Shown one piece after another: positions 1-9,270 of a DNA stretch of 64,000 nucleotides. The notes under the pieces were generated by a model. The model searched no databases, was not told the DNA's origin, and saw only the letters and a list, made by a program, of their open reading frames with translations. Source of the stretch: Parcubacteria group bacterium M6-OD1-1 (GTDB lineage Bacteria > Patescibacteriota > Minisyncoccia > GWC2-36-17 > M10-OD1-4); contig LSNK01000004.1 of assembly GCA_003056085.1 (NCBI GenBank), forward strand, positions 28,326 to 92,325, in the 5' to 3' direction. Both the position numbers and the translations under genes were made by a program. How positions within the stretch are numbered: position 1 is the stretch's first letter; every line of letters starts with the position of its first letter.

Positions 1-17
1 AACAAACTATATCTGAT

Positions 18-530
18 TTGGACGGCAAAAAATTTAATGTTTATCAGGTAATTGTTTGTGATGAAAAAGGAAGAAATCAAGAACTTCAAGATTATGGTAA
101 TTTTGTTAATTTGAGAAAAGTTGAAATTATAGCTCATCGGGGACGCTCAGTTAAGAAATTGAATATTGACTTGAATACTCATCAAAGTATTGTGGATTTT
201 CTTAATTATTATCATGCTAAGCAGGATTTATCTTTTGACTGCTACTCTTTTGTTAATATGGCGCATGAAGTCAAACAACACCACAAAATGATCTTAGAAG
301 ATTTTTGGGATATTAAACTATACCAGAAACGATTAAAAATTGGAGATGTAGTTTTTCTTGTTAATAAAAAAAGTAATTATTTTTATCATGCGGCAATTTA
401 TATCGGTTTTGGCTTGTATGTCTCGGTGTATGGGGTAGGCGGCGATATGGAAATTTCAACGCTAAAAGATATGAAAAAAGATTTTGGCGCTGAACTTGTT
501 TTGACGGCAACGCCTAAAAAAATAAGATGA
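18..530 (+). CDS. hypothetical protein
   Basis: 170-aa ORF with no confidently recognised motifs. Start of the ORF may lie upstream of the window. Confidence 0.4.
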   Translation: MDGKKFNVYQVIVCDEKGRNQELQDYGNFVNLRKVEIIAHRGRSVKKLNIDLNTHQSIVDFLNYYHAKQDLSFDCYSFVNMAHEVKQHHKMILEDFWDIKLYQKRLKIGDVVFLVNKKSNYFYHAAIYIGFGLYVSVYGVGGDMEISTLKDMKKDFGAELVLTATPKKIR

Positions 531-660
531 GGGAAGTATAGCTTCCCTCATTTTTTTATTTTTAAAATTTTAAACTTATTTTATTCTGACAATAAGTAAA
601 GAAAATTGATTTATCATTTTTTATTTTCTGGAGTATAATAAAAAGTAATTAAAATTTCTT

Positions 661-1056
661 ATGAATAATTCTATCTTGCGATTTTTAAAATATTTTGCGG
701 TTGGGTTTTCTACGTTTTTAATTGATTTAGCTTTACTGTACCTTCTGACGGATGTTTTCTTGCTTAACTATCTTTTGTCTGCGGGGTTAGCGTTTTTGAC
801 AGCAATTTCAATTAATTATTATTTTAGCCGGAAGATTGTTTTTAAAAAAACAGAAATAGATTTTTCTAAAGGATATTATGGTTTTATCATAATTGCGGGG
901 ATAGGGCTTTTATTTGTAATTTTTTTGATGGCCGTTTTTGTAGAAATATTTAATTGGAATTATTTAATTTCAAGGATTTTAACGGCAGGTGTTGTAGGAA
1001 TTTGGAATTATTTAATTAATTTATTTATCAACTTTAAAGTTGCGGGGAAGCATTAA
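661..1056 (+). CDS. GtrA-family membrane protein
   Basis: 131 aa with four predicted TM segments. N-terminal FLKYFAVGFSTFLIDLALLYLL pattern is typical of the GtrA family. Confidence 0.55.
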   Translation: MNNSILRFLKYFAVGFSTFLIDLALLYLLTDVFLLNYLLSAGLAFLTAISINYYFSRKIVFKKTEIDFSKGYYGFIIIAGIGLLFVIFLMAVFVEIFNWNYLISRILTAGVVGIWNYLINLFINFKVAGKH

Positions 1057-1115
1057 ATTGAAATTAAAAAAAGTCTATAAAAGCGTTTTTATTATTAAAT
1101 AAATTTAAAAATATT

Positions 1116-1532
1116 ATGCAAAATAATTTTGAAATAATAGCGCGAGCTATAATTATGAAAGATAACAAGATTTTGCTGTGTGCTGCAAAAGGCGCTGATT
1201 ATTTTTTTCTTCCGGGAGGGCATATTGAGTTTGGCGAGTTTTCAGAAGAAGCTTTAAGAAGAGAGTTGGTTGAGGAGTTGGGGAAAGAGGCAAAGAGCGT
1301 TGAATTTATTGAAGTTCTTGAAAATATTTTTGTACAAAATGAAAAGAAAAGACACGAGGTAAATATGATATTTAAAGTGGAGTTTGAGGATTATAATCTT
1401 TCTTCCGCGGAGGATCATATTGAATTTTCGTGGCATAATATTTCAGATATATTAGAAGTTAATCTTTTGCCGGAGATTATGAAAGAAAAAATTTTAGGAT
1501 TGATCAAGGGAAAAAATAATGAAAAATTATAA
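1116..1532 (+). CDS. NUDIX hydrolase
   Basis: Nudix box GGHIEFGEFSEEALRRELVEELG matches GX5EX7REUXEEXGU. Confidence 0.75.
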   Translation: MQNNFEIIARAIIMKDNKILLCAAKGADYFFLPGGHIEFGEFSEEALRRELVEELGKEAKSVEFIEVLENIFVQNEKKRHEVNMIFKVEFEDYNLSSAEDHIEFSWHNISDILEVNLLPEIMKEKILGLIKGKNNEKL

Positions 1533-1878
1533 AAAAATTATTTTTATAATAAGTTTAGGCGTTTGGTTTTTGTGGATTAGTTTATTTTCTTCTTATGAAA
1601 AAATATCCGGTGCAAAAAACATATATGAACCGGAAGCAACCGGTGGATTTCCTTTGACTGCATTTTGGTATCCTCATTCTCCTATGGGGAGCAACTATCC
1701 TCCTTCCGAAAGCTGGTTTCCGTTTCTTCTGAATTTTTTATTTTGGCTTATAGTTGCTTTTGCTGTTTATTTTATTTTTAAAGATAAAATAAAAAATAAA
1801 AGATTTGGATGGTTTATTTTTTCAGCTATTTCTATTTCCATTGTTGGAACAGCTTATTTGGTATTGATGTATGATTAA
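1519..1878 (+). CDS. membrane protein, hypothetical
   Basis: Hydrophobic segments. Overlaps the upstream stop, suggesting operon arrangement. Confidence 0.4.
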   Translation: MKNYKKIIFIISLGVWFLWISLFSSYEKISGAKNIYEPEATGGFPLTAFWYPHSPMGSNYPPSESWFPFLLNFLFWLIVAFAVYFIFKDKIKNKRFGWFIFSAISISIVGTAYLVLMYD

Positions 1879-2614
1879 ATTTTTAAAGGAAAAATTTTTT
1901 GTTGTTTTGCTTCTGAGTGTTATTTTTACATTTAGTTCTTTGTTTTGGACGAGTGATAAGGTTTATAATCAAGAAGATTTAAAGAGCGTTGATCTTGGGT
2001 GGCCGATTAATTTTATTTCACAGAATCCGGCTTTTAGTCTTACTCCTCCGAATTCTTGGTTTCCAAAAGAGATGAGTTTTATGACGTTTCGAGAATACCC
2101 GACATCATTTAGTTTTATTTTATTTTTTCTTGATGTTATTTTTAGCTTTGCAGTTATTTTTGCCGTTGTATTTACTGCTTTTAAATTATATCCAAATTCA
2201 AAAATCTTGTATTATTCTTTCAGTACAAATGTAATAGTGGGTTTTATAATATTCGGTATTTTTCTTTTTATTTTTTCTTTTATGTTTTTGATATTTCAAG
2301 AAAAACTTAAAAAAGGAGTTGATGTTCCTTCTGAGGTAATAGAAAGGAAAATTCAAGACATGCCTTTCTTAAGCGGTAAAATAGAAGAAAATAAAATTAG
2401 AAGAGAAATTATTGAAGCCGGATATTGTGAGGTGTCGTCTGATTGTAAGGTTGTGCCGGCAAAATGTCCATTTGATTGTTTTGCGGCTGTTAATAAAAAT
2501 GAGGCTAATCGCATAGAAGACATGATAAACAACTACCAGAGTTTTTGTATATACGGCTGTATTGAAATAAAAGGAGTTGATTGCGTAGATAACAGGTGTC
2601 AGATATTAAAATAA
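1871..2614 (+). CDS. membrane protein with Cys-rich C-terminal domain
   Basis: Several TM helices followed by a C-terminal ~70 aa containing 8 Cys (CEVSSDC...CPFDC...CIYGC...CVDNRC). Confidence 0.4.
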   Translation: MIKFLKEKFFVVLLLSVIFTFSSLFWTSDKVYNQEDLKSVDLGWPINFISQNPAFSLTPPNSWFPKEMSFMTFREYPTSFSFILFFLDVIFSFAVIFAVVFTAFKLYPNSKILYYSFSTNVIVGFIIFGIFLFIFSFMFLIFQEKLKKGVDVPSEVIERKIQDMPFLSGKIEENKIRREIIEAGYCEVSSDCKVVPAKCPFDCFAAVNKNEANRIEDMINNYQSFCIYGCIEIKGVDCVDNRCQILK

Positions 2615-2653
2615 AATAAAAATATAAAGCATAGATTTTAATTTTAAATGCGG

Positions 2654-2688
2654 TTGACAATTGTTAGCTTTACACTTAGAGTGGTCAG
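2654..2688 (+). promoter_or_regulatory. putative sigma70-type promoter (TTGACA-N17-TAGAGT)
   Basis: TTGACA at 2654, 17-nt spacer, then TAGAGT. Lies upstream of the 2724 GTG start. Confidence 0.3.
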
Positions 2689-2723
2689 TGGTACTTAAAC
2701 TCACCAACTATTGGAGGTATATA

Positions 2724-3011
2724 GTGGAAAAGAAATATGCATATTTTTTTGTTGCTCACCCGGGGAAAACAAAGCAAGTTTCTGTAGATGTTGAAGTTGA
2801 TTTTAAAGAAAACAACTCAGAAAATGTTACCTATGGCGAAAACGGTTCTGTTTTGGATGATGAGATAATCCCGCTCTTAAACAGCTTTACTGAGTCGGGG
2901 TTAAAAGCAAACTATACAAGTACAGGTTTGCATAGCTCTTGTCGTCAAGTTGAATATATTGGCGGGATAGATGAAGTCATTCATCGTATTCTCAATGAGT
3001 CTGAGCAATGA
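2724..3011 (+). CDS. hypothetical protein (GTG start)
   Basis: GGAGG SD sits 7 nt upstream of GTG 2724. The in-window ATG at 2661 lacks an SD. An imperfect hairpin follows at ~3030-3058. Confidence 0.4.
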   Translation: MEKKYAYFFVAHPGKTKQVSVDVEVDFKENNSENVTYGENGSVLDDEIIPLLNSFTESGLKANYTSTGLHSSCRQVEYIGGIDEVIHRILNESEQ

Positions 3012-3135
3012 TAAATAGACTCAATATAAAAGCGGTCATTAAATATGGCCGCTTTTAAATTCTTTAATTTATATTTTTATTATGGTAATATTGCAGTTAT
3101 GTGATTTAAATATTTAGCAGTCTTAAATTAAAATT

Positions 3136-3873
3136 ATGGAGAAGCAAAAAATATTAACAAAAAAAGAACGAAAAGAAATTAAACGACAAGCCAAAAAAGA
3201 CAAAAAAGTGCATCAAGTACATGTAAAAAATACTAAAAAATACATTACGAAAAGCTTTATAGCTTTGATAGTCGTTTTGACTGTTGTCGGATTTTGGAAA
3301 TTATCTCAACAGCCGGCTGATTCACCTTTAGCTTCTTCCGACCTTTTGCAAATACAAAATGATGATTGGACAAAAGGTAATATTGATTCTTCTATTGTTC
3401 TTGTTGAATATCTTGATTTTGAGTGTGAAGCTTGCGGAGCGTATTATCCGCTTGTTAAACGACTTTCAGAAGAGTATGGTAATAAAATGGTATTTGTTTC
3501 CCGGTACTTTCCTTTATCAGGCCATAAAAATGGAATGACAGCCGCTTTGGCGGTTGAGGCTGCGGGGAAGCAGGGAAAATATTGGGAGATGCATGACCTT
3601 TTATTTGAAAAGCAGAGAATTTGGGGAGAAAAAAAGATATCTGATCCAACTATTTTTGAAGGATATGCAAAACAATTAAATTTAGATATGGAGCAGTTTA
3701 AAAAAGATGTAGATTCTAAAGAGGTCAGAAATCGTGTAATCGGAGACAGGCGCGTTGGTGATAAACTTGGTGTAAATTCAACTCCTACTTTTTTTCTAAA
3801 CGGTGAAAAAATACAAAATCCACGGGGATATGAAGCATTTAAGTCTTTACTTAATGAAGCGCTCTTAAAATAA
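3136..3873 (+). CDS. DsbA-like thiol:disulfide oxidoreductase, membrane anchored
   Basis: N-terminal TM anchor and thioredoxin-fold CxxC motif (FECEACGAYYP). Length and layout fit a DsbA/thioredoxin-like family. Confidence 0.65.
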   Translation: MEKQKILTKKERKEIKRQAKKDKKVHQVHVKNTKKYITKSFIALIVVLTVVGFWKLSQQPADSPLASSDLLQIQNDDWTKGNIDSSIVLVEYLDFECEACGAYYPLVKRLSEEYGNKMVFVSRYFPLSGHKNGMTAALAVEAAGKQGKYWEMHDLLFEKQRIWGEKKISDPTIFEGYAKQLNLDMEQFKKDVDSKEVRNRVIGDRRVGDKLGVNSTPTFFLNGEKIQNPRGYEAFKSLLNEALLK

Positions 3874-3881
3874 AAATACGC

Positions 3882-5105
3882 ATGAGAATTTTTGGCAATA
3901 AAAATAAAAAAGAAGAATCGGCGTCTTCAATAAGAAAGGATTTTGAGTATGTCTCTGAAGAGACGGTGTATTTGGATTCGGCATGCCAAACTTTGCGTCC
4001 TCAGCCTGTGCTTGATGCAATGAATGAATATTTTCACAAATATAATGCTTGCGGAGGAAGGGTAAAATATGAATGGGGTAGAAGGGTTGATGAAGAGGTT
4101 TCAGAAACCAGAGCAAAAGTTCTTGATTTTTTGGGTAAATCGGCAAAAGAATACCAGGTCGCGTTTACTTTAAATACGACTTATGGATTGAATATTCTTT
4201 TACATCAACTTCCGGTTGGGGTTTATAAGCAAGTTATAACATCAGAAGTTGAGCATAACTCTGTTTTTCTTCCAACAATCATTGCGGCCAAAAGGTTAAA
4301 TATTCCAAGAAAAATTCTTTCAAGAGCTGAAGATGGTTCGTTAATATATGAGAAAGAGGGTCTAACGGGGGCAGTCGTTGTTGTAAATGCAACTTCAAAT
4401 ATTGATGGTAGAATTTTACAAAATGCAAAAACTCTTGCAAGCGATGTTCATAATGCGGGAGGTATTCTTGTTGTTGATGGCGCGCAAAGTATAGTTGGCA
4501 GCGCATCGCTTTTGCGTGAAGTGGATTTTGATGCACTTTGTTTTTCCGGTCATAAAATGCACGCTCCGAGTATAGGAGTTATTGTTGTAAAAAAACAACT
4601 GATAGATTCATTGGATCTTTCGTTTGTCGGTGGAGGTATGGTGGAGAAGCTTGATGAAAATAGTTTTTCTGCTCCTTTAAATGATCCGTTTTGCAAGCTT
4701 GAGCCCGGGTTACAGGATTTTTCTGGAATTATAGGTTTAGGCGCTTCGATAGATTGGCTGAAAACTTATAAGCCGGAAGGTTTGAAGCAGGAGGATCAAA
4801 AACAAAAACTTGCTGATATGGTTTTTGAGGGGATTTCTTCTTTGGAAGGCATAAATATTTTAAATAACAAACCAAGCGCCACTATAAGTTTTTATTCACA
4901 AGACATTGATGCGCATAGGTTGGCCGCCTTTCTTTCACAACAAGATATAATGGTGCGCAGCGGTTATTTTTGCTGTCATTATTATCTTCAAAATTTAAAG
5001 AAATATCCGCCTTTGTTGCGTGTTTCTTTAGGGTTGCAAAACACAGAAAAAGATGTAAAGAAATTCCTCGAAGTTTTAAAAAAAATTATTAATAATGTAA
5101 AATAA
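3882..5105 (+). CDS. class V aminotransferase / cysteine desulfurase-like
   Basis: PLP-lysine motif SGHKMHAP, C-terminal RSGYFCC Cys loop and ~400 aa length are typical of the SufS/CsdA family. Confidence 0.6.
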   Translation: MRIFGNKNKKEESASSIRKDFEYVSEETVYLDSACQTLRPQPVLDAMNEYFHKYNACGGRVKYEWGRRVDEEVSETRAKVLDFLGKSAKEYQVAFTLNTTYGLNILLHQLPVGVYKQVITSEVEHNSVFLPTIIAAKRLNIPRKILSRAEDGSLIYEKEGLTGAVVVVNATSNIDGRILQNAKTLASDVHNAGGILVVDGAQSIVGSASLLREVDFDALCFSGHKMHAPSIGVIVVKKQLIDSLDLSFVGGGMVEKLDENSFSAPLNDPFCKLEPGLQDFSGIIGLGASIDWLKTYKPEGLKQEDQKQKLADMVFEGISSLEGINILNNKPSATISFYSQDIDAHRLAAFLSQQDIMVRSGYFCCHYYLQNLKKYPPLLRVSLGLQNTEKDVKKFLEVLKKIINNVK

Positions 5106-5107
5106 TT

Positions 5108-6178
5108 ATGTTTTGTATTGCTGCATTTATCGTTTTTGTTATTTTGGGTATTTTTTCAGCTCGCTATCGCAAACTTGCTAAAAAAGCCTGGTCATGCGTG
5201 GTGCGAAAAATTACTTTTCGTCCGTGTGAGATTGGATTTAAAGAAGATGCAAAAAACGTGCTTTTAGGCAAGTTAATTTTAACTAAACCAAGACTCGCAA
5301 AATTTTTGGACAAATGGATTGAAGTTTTTGCTACGATATTTGTCGTTTTAAGTGTTTGGAGTTTGCTTGTAGTGTTTCAAAGTGGTCTGAATTTATTTGT
5401 TTATGATACTTGCAGTCCTAAAAATGTTGAATCTTGCTCATTGGGTGGGGAGGCATGCGGAGTGTCTACCGGTCAGCAAACCTTTTTTGAAGCTGTGAAA
5501 GATTTAAATGTCTTTGACTGGACAAAAGAAGAGATATTTTTCTTTGCAGAAACGGTATCCAGGATTCCTGATCGTTTCAAAAATTGGAATCCGGAAGAAT
5601 ACATAGATAAAACAGCAACTTATTTAAAGCCCTTTGACCCGAAAAAACAGGTTGCTTTGGAAATTATTGATCCCGGTTGTAAATTTTGCGCGAAATTATT
5701 AAAAAATATAGAAACTGCGCAGTTTGAAGATATATATAATTTAACTTACATACCATATGCAATACCGGATCCGACTGCTCCCAATGGTTTTAAATTTCCA
5801 AATTCACCGTTAGTTATATCTTATCTTGAAGCTGTGAAGCTTTATCCTTCTAACTCTGAAGTTCCGGCAGATTGGCAAATTTTAGAGAAACTATTTTTAG
5901 GTAAAACACCAGAAGGCGCGTCTTACCAAGAAAATTTTAATCTTTTATATTCTAAAAAAGAAGCCGAAGATATTTTAGTTGGGTGGCTTTCAGATATTGG
6001 CTACAGCAGTGAGCAAATAGAAAAAATACAAGAGACAGCTAAGTCTGACGATATAAAGAAAAAAATAGAGAGGCAGGTGGATATTGTTGAGAATAAAATA
6101 AGGACTATTAAAATTCCGACAATTATTTTCAATGAACGAAGATATGATCGTGTAATCGGTCCTGAAAAGTTAAAGTAA
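5108..6178 (+). CDS. membrane-anchored thioredoxin-like protein
   Basis: N-terminal TM helices, Cys pairs, and a DsbA-like CxxC (DPGCKFCAKL) in the C-terminal soluble domain. Confidence 0.45.
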   Translation: MFCIAAFIVFVILGIFSARYRKLAKKAWSCVVRKITFRPCEIGFKEDAKNVLLGKLILTKPRLAKFLDKWIEVFATIFVVLSVWSLLVVFQSGLNLFVYDTCSPKNVESCSLGGEACGVSTGQQTFFEAVKDLNVFDWTKEEIFFFAETVSRIPDRFKNWNPEEYIDKTATYLKPFDPKKQVALEIIDPGCKFCAKLLKNIETAQFEDIYNLTYIPYAIPDPTAPNGFKFPNSPLVISYLEAVKLYPSNSEVPADWQILEKLFLGKTPEGASYQENFNLLYSKKEAEDILVGWLSDIGYSSEQIEKIQETAKSDDIKKKIERQVDIVENKIRTIKIPTIIFNERRYDRVIGPEKLK

Positions 6179-6250
6179 ACAAAATCAAAAAGAGCTCGCT
6201 TTAAAATATATATAGCTTGACGAAGTGTTATATTATGTGTTATTTTCATT

Positions 6251-6270
6251 CTAACCTTTAGTAAGGTTAG
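6251..6270. promoter_or_regulatory. perfect 8-bp-arm palindrome (CTAACCTT-TAGT-AAGGTTAG), putative operator
   Basis: Located between a TTGACG-like element and the SD of the 6317 ORF. Confidence 0.3.
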
Positions 6271-6316
6271 TTGTTTTACAATTCTATTCATAAGTGCTTT
6301 ATTAAGGAGGTTTACT

Positions 6317-6640
6317 ATGAATTTAATAGGTCTTTTAAGGACTTTACAGCCGGAAATTATGACATTCATAGGGTTTATAATCCTTATCTCAATTGTATTC
6401 TTTTGGATGCTTCATTATAAGGAGGTCATATCAAATGAGTTAGAATCTACCCCTGGACAAGTAAAAAAAATTGTGTTAATTTTTTATGCTTTATCGTTTT
6501 TGATAGCTTCGGTTATTTTTGGTTGGAGGTTTGTGCAGGTCATTTCCTATGACAGAATGCCTCGTGCAGACGTTGACACCAGTACCGTGTATCAAGATAT
6601 ACAAAACAGAAAGAAAAAAGCTCTAAATTCCGAACATTAA
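6317..6640 (+). CDS. small membrane protein
   Basis: Strong SD (AAGGAGG) and two TM helices. Confidence 0.45.
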   Translation: MNLIGLLRTLQPEIMTFIGFIILISIVFFWMLHYKEVISNELESTPGQVKKIVLIFYALSFLIASVIFGWRFVQVISYDRMPRADVDTSTVYQDIQNRKKKALNSEH

Positions 6641-6671
6641 ATCTCAATAAATCACCTCAGGAGACATAATA

Positions 6672-7547
6672 ATGAAAATGTATAAAATGACAGGTTTGGT
6701 TTTAATTTGTTCTATGTTTTTTATCTCGGGATGCACAGATACCGTCAAGGATGTACCCCCAAATTATCTTGGGATGAAACTTACTCCCACTGGATATGAG
6801 GGTAAAATCTATACCACCGGTCAGGTGGATATTGGAACAAAAGACTTTGATGGCAGGTGGACCAAACTGGTACTGATACAACGAAGTGCTGTTACGATAA
6901 AGGAAGCTTTTGCTAAAAAGAAAGATGAAGATCATCGTTGTACTACTGCCGATCAGAAACCGGTATCAATAGATGTACGTTTTTTACTTGCTCTTCCTGA
7001 CCGTACAACCCCAGAAGGAGAAAAAGCGGTAAAACGTATTTTGACACTTGGTAATCCCATAGAAGAGAAAGGGGAAGCACGAGTGTTGAAGATGTCCTCA
7101 AGGTTAATTTATAAAGAGCAGGCTATGATGGTAGTCCGAGGAAAGATTCGTTCAATTTGTGCCGGATATTCCGACTATGACACGCTATTTAAAGCGTTTG
7201 CAGACGAATCTTTAAACACAAAGATAAACGCTAAAATAATCTCGGTATTCAGTAAACAAAGAATACCATTCGTTGTCGCTGACACTCAGGTTTCAAATAT
7301 CAAGCCTGATGAGGCAGTTTGGAAGGCGAAGGTTCAGGTGAGTACGGTTGATGACCAAATAAAAGCAATAAAAAAGATGGGCGAGTTCTTGGATAAAAAT
7401 CCTAAATATTGGCCAATCTTTAAATTCGTTGCATTAAAAGATATCGCAAAAACCGGGAGTAAGCAAGGGAATACAATTCTGTATATGACGGATATTTCCG
7501 ATACCAATGGAAGACAGGTGGTTCTTTTGCCGAAGAGTAGAAAGTAA
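6672..7547 (+). CDS. lipoprotein, hypothetical
   Basis: Signal peptide with lipobox (FISGC), SD AGGAGA, followed by a terminator. Confidence 0.5.
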   Translation: MKMYKMTGLVLICSMFFISGCTDTVKDVPPNYLGMKLTPTGYEGKIYTTGQVDIGTKDFDGRWTKLVLIQRSAVTIKEAFAKKKDEDHRCTTADQKPVSIDVRFLLALPDRTTPEGEKAVKRILTLGNPIEEKGEARVLKMSSRLIYKEQAMMVVRGKIRSICAGYSDYDTLFKAFADESLNTKINAKIISVFSKQRIPFVVADTQVSNIKPDEAVWKAKVQVSTVDDQIKAIKKMGEFLDKNPKYWPIFKFVALKDIAKTGSKQGNTILYMTDISDTNGRQVVLLPKSRK

Positions 7548-7573
7548 AAAATATTCTATCTTATAGAAGATAA

Positions 7574-7602
7574 GCCGCTGCGAAATTTGCAGCGGTTTTT
7601 TT
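7574..7602 (+). terminator. rho-independent terminator
   Basis: GCCGCTGC / GCAGCGG stem followed by an 8-T run. Confidence 0.6.
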
Positions 7603-7813
7603 ATGCAGTTGTTGATTATTTTCATTACAATGTAGATGTTAGATGTAAATATTGAAAACAAAAGCAAATATGTGCATAAAATTAATACTTTTGTTGTATA
7701 ACTTATGGTATAATATTAAAAATAGAGTTATTTGATAAGATTTATTTTGATTAATTCATTTTTATATCAAGTATTTTTTATTTAAAATTATTAATTTGAG
7801 ATAAATAATAATA

Positions 7814-8062
7814 ATGTCTGAGAAAAATGGATTTAAAGTATTTTATGCCATTTCTATTGCATTGCAGTTAGGATTCGTTATTGTATTTTCCATTATTGGA
7901 TTTTTGTGGTTGGGGGTTTGGGCTGATAAAGCGTTTGGAACATCCCCTCTTTTTTTGTTAACAGGAGTGATTGTGGGAATTACCATAACTATATATGAAA
8001 CATATCATATGCTTACGCCGTTAATAAAAAATAACTCAAAAGACAAAAAAGAAAATGATTAA
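7814..8062 (+). CDS. small membrane protein upstream of atpB (AtpI/AtpZ-like)
   Basis: 82 aa with 2 TM helices, immediately preceding and overlapping atpB. Assignment is by position. Confidence 0.4.
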   Translation: MSEKNGFKVFYAISIALQLGFVIVFSIIGFLWLGVWADKAFGTSPLFLLTGVIVGITITIYETYHMLTPLIKNNSKDKKEND

Positions 8063-8789
8063 TATAGCATTGCAGCAAGAATATATTTTTTCAGTATTTG
8101 GACTTAATATAACAAATACTTTTTTTACTTCCGTTTTGGTGTCTTTGGGTCTTATTTTATTGAGTATTTTTATTTATTTTAAAAAGAATAATGAAAAAGG
8201 TAAGTTGGTAAATGGAATGAGAGTTTTGATGTTTGAGTTGTTAAAGATGGTTGATGCGGTTACAGGTGACAGAAAACTCTCTAAAAAAGTTCTTCCCTTG
8301 GTGGCAACTTTTTTTATTTTTATTATAACTGCTAATCTTGTATCTTTGGTTCCTGGGTTTTTAGGGTCTTTTTTGATAAATACAGAGTCCGGACCGGTTA
8401 CCGTTTTGAAGTCGCCAAATAGTGACTTAACTACAACTCTGGCATTGGCGTTGTTTTCCGTTTTTTTTATACAGTTTTTTTCTTTAAGGGAGCTTGGTGT
8501 TAAAAGATATTTGGGAAGATTTTTTAATTTTACGAGCCCTATCAAATTTATTCTTGGATTTTTTGAAATTCTTTCCGAAAGCGTTAAAATTTTATCATTT
8601 TCCTTCAGATTATTTGGTAATATTTTTGCCGGAGAGATACTTCTCATTATTATTGCATTTTTAGTTCCTTTTATAATTCCTGTTCCGTTTATGCTTCTTG
8701 AAGTTTTTGTCGGTATTATTCAAGCCTTTATTTTTTCCATACTAACTTTGGTATTTATCAAAACCAGCATTGTAAAGTATGCCGAGTAA
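8055..8789 (+). CDS. atpB: F0 ATP synthase subunit a (operon 1)
   Basis: RLFGNIFAGE motif containing the conserved Arg. Multi-TM protein. Confidence 0.85.
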   Translation: MINIALQQEYIFSVFGLNITNTFFTSVLVSLGLILLSIFIYFKKNNEKGKLVNGMRVLMFELLKMVDAVTGDRKLSKKVLPLVATFFIFIITANLVSLVPGFLGSFLINTESGPVTVLKSPNSDLTTTLALALFSVFFIQFFSLRELGVKRYLGRFFNFTSPIKFILGFFEILSESVKILSFSFRLFGNIFAGEILLIIIAFLVPFIIPVPFMLLEVFVGIIQAFIFSILTLVFIKTSIVKYAE

Positions 8790-9047
8790 ATTATTAATAA
8801 TTAAGTTTAAAAATATGAGAAATAAATCAAAAAAAGAAATAAACAATTGGATTATTTCCGAGGTTTCATTTTTTGCATTTTTGTACTATGCACAATACCT
8901 TTTAGGCGTTGATGGAAGCTTGCTTTTTAGTACATTTATATTGTGGGCGTTATTGAATTTAACGATTGTTTTCTGTCCTGTTATGAAAGAGTGTTATAAA
9001 AAATAAAAATATTTATTATTTTAAATTATAATTAATCAAACAAAATT

Positions 9048-9263
9048 ATGTTACAAGATCCTTCCGCTTTTACAATGGCTATCGGAACCATAGGTCCCGC
9101 TTTAGCAATTGGTTTAATAGGGGCCGCTGCTATGTTTGCTATAGCAAGAAATCCTCAAAGTTCCGACAAGATTCAGGTTGCTATGATAATTTCTATAGCT
9201 TTTGCTGAGGCAATAGCTATTTACGCATTAGTTATGGCTTTAATTCTTAAATTTGTATCTTAA
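9048..9263 (+). CDS. atpE: F0 ATP synthase subunit c (operon 1)
   Basis: 71-aa helical hairpin with an ARNPQ loop and a carboxylate in helix 2 ([11 protein letters not shown]). No Q/S/T Na+ signature, so likely H+-coupled. Confidence 0.85.
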   Translation: MLQDPSAFTMAIGTIGPALAIGLIGAAAMFAIARNPQSSDKIQVAMIISIAFAEAIAIYALVMALILKFVS

Positions 9264-9270
9264 ATAAAAA

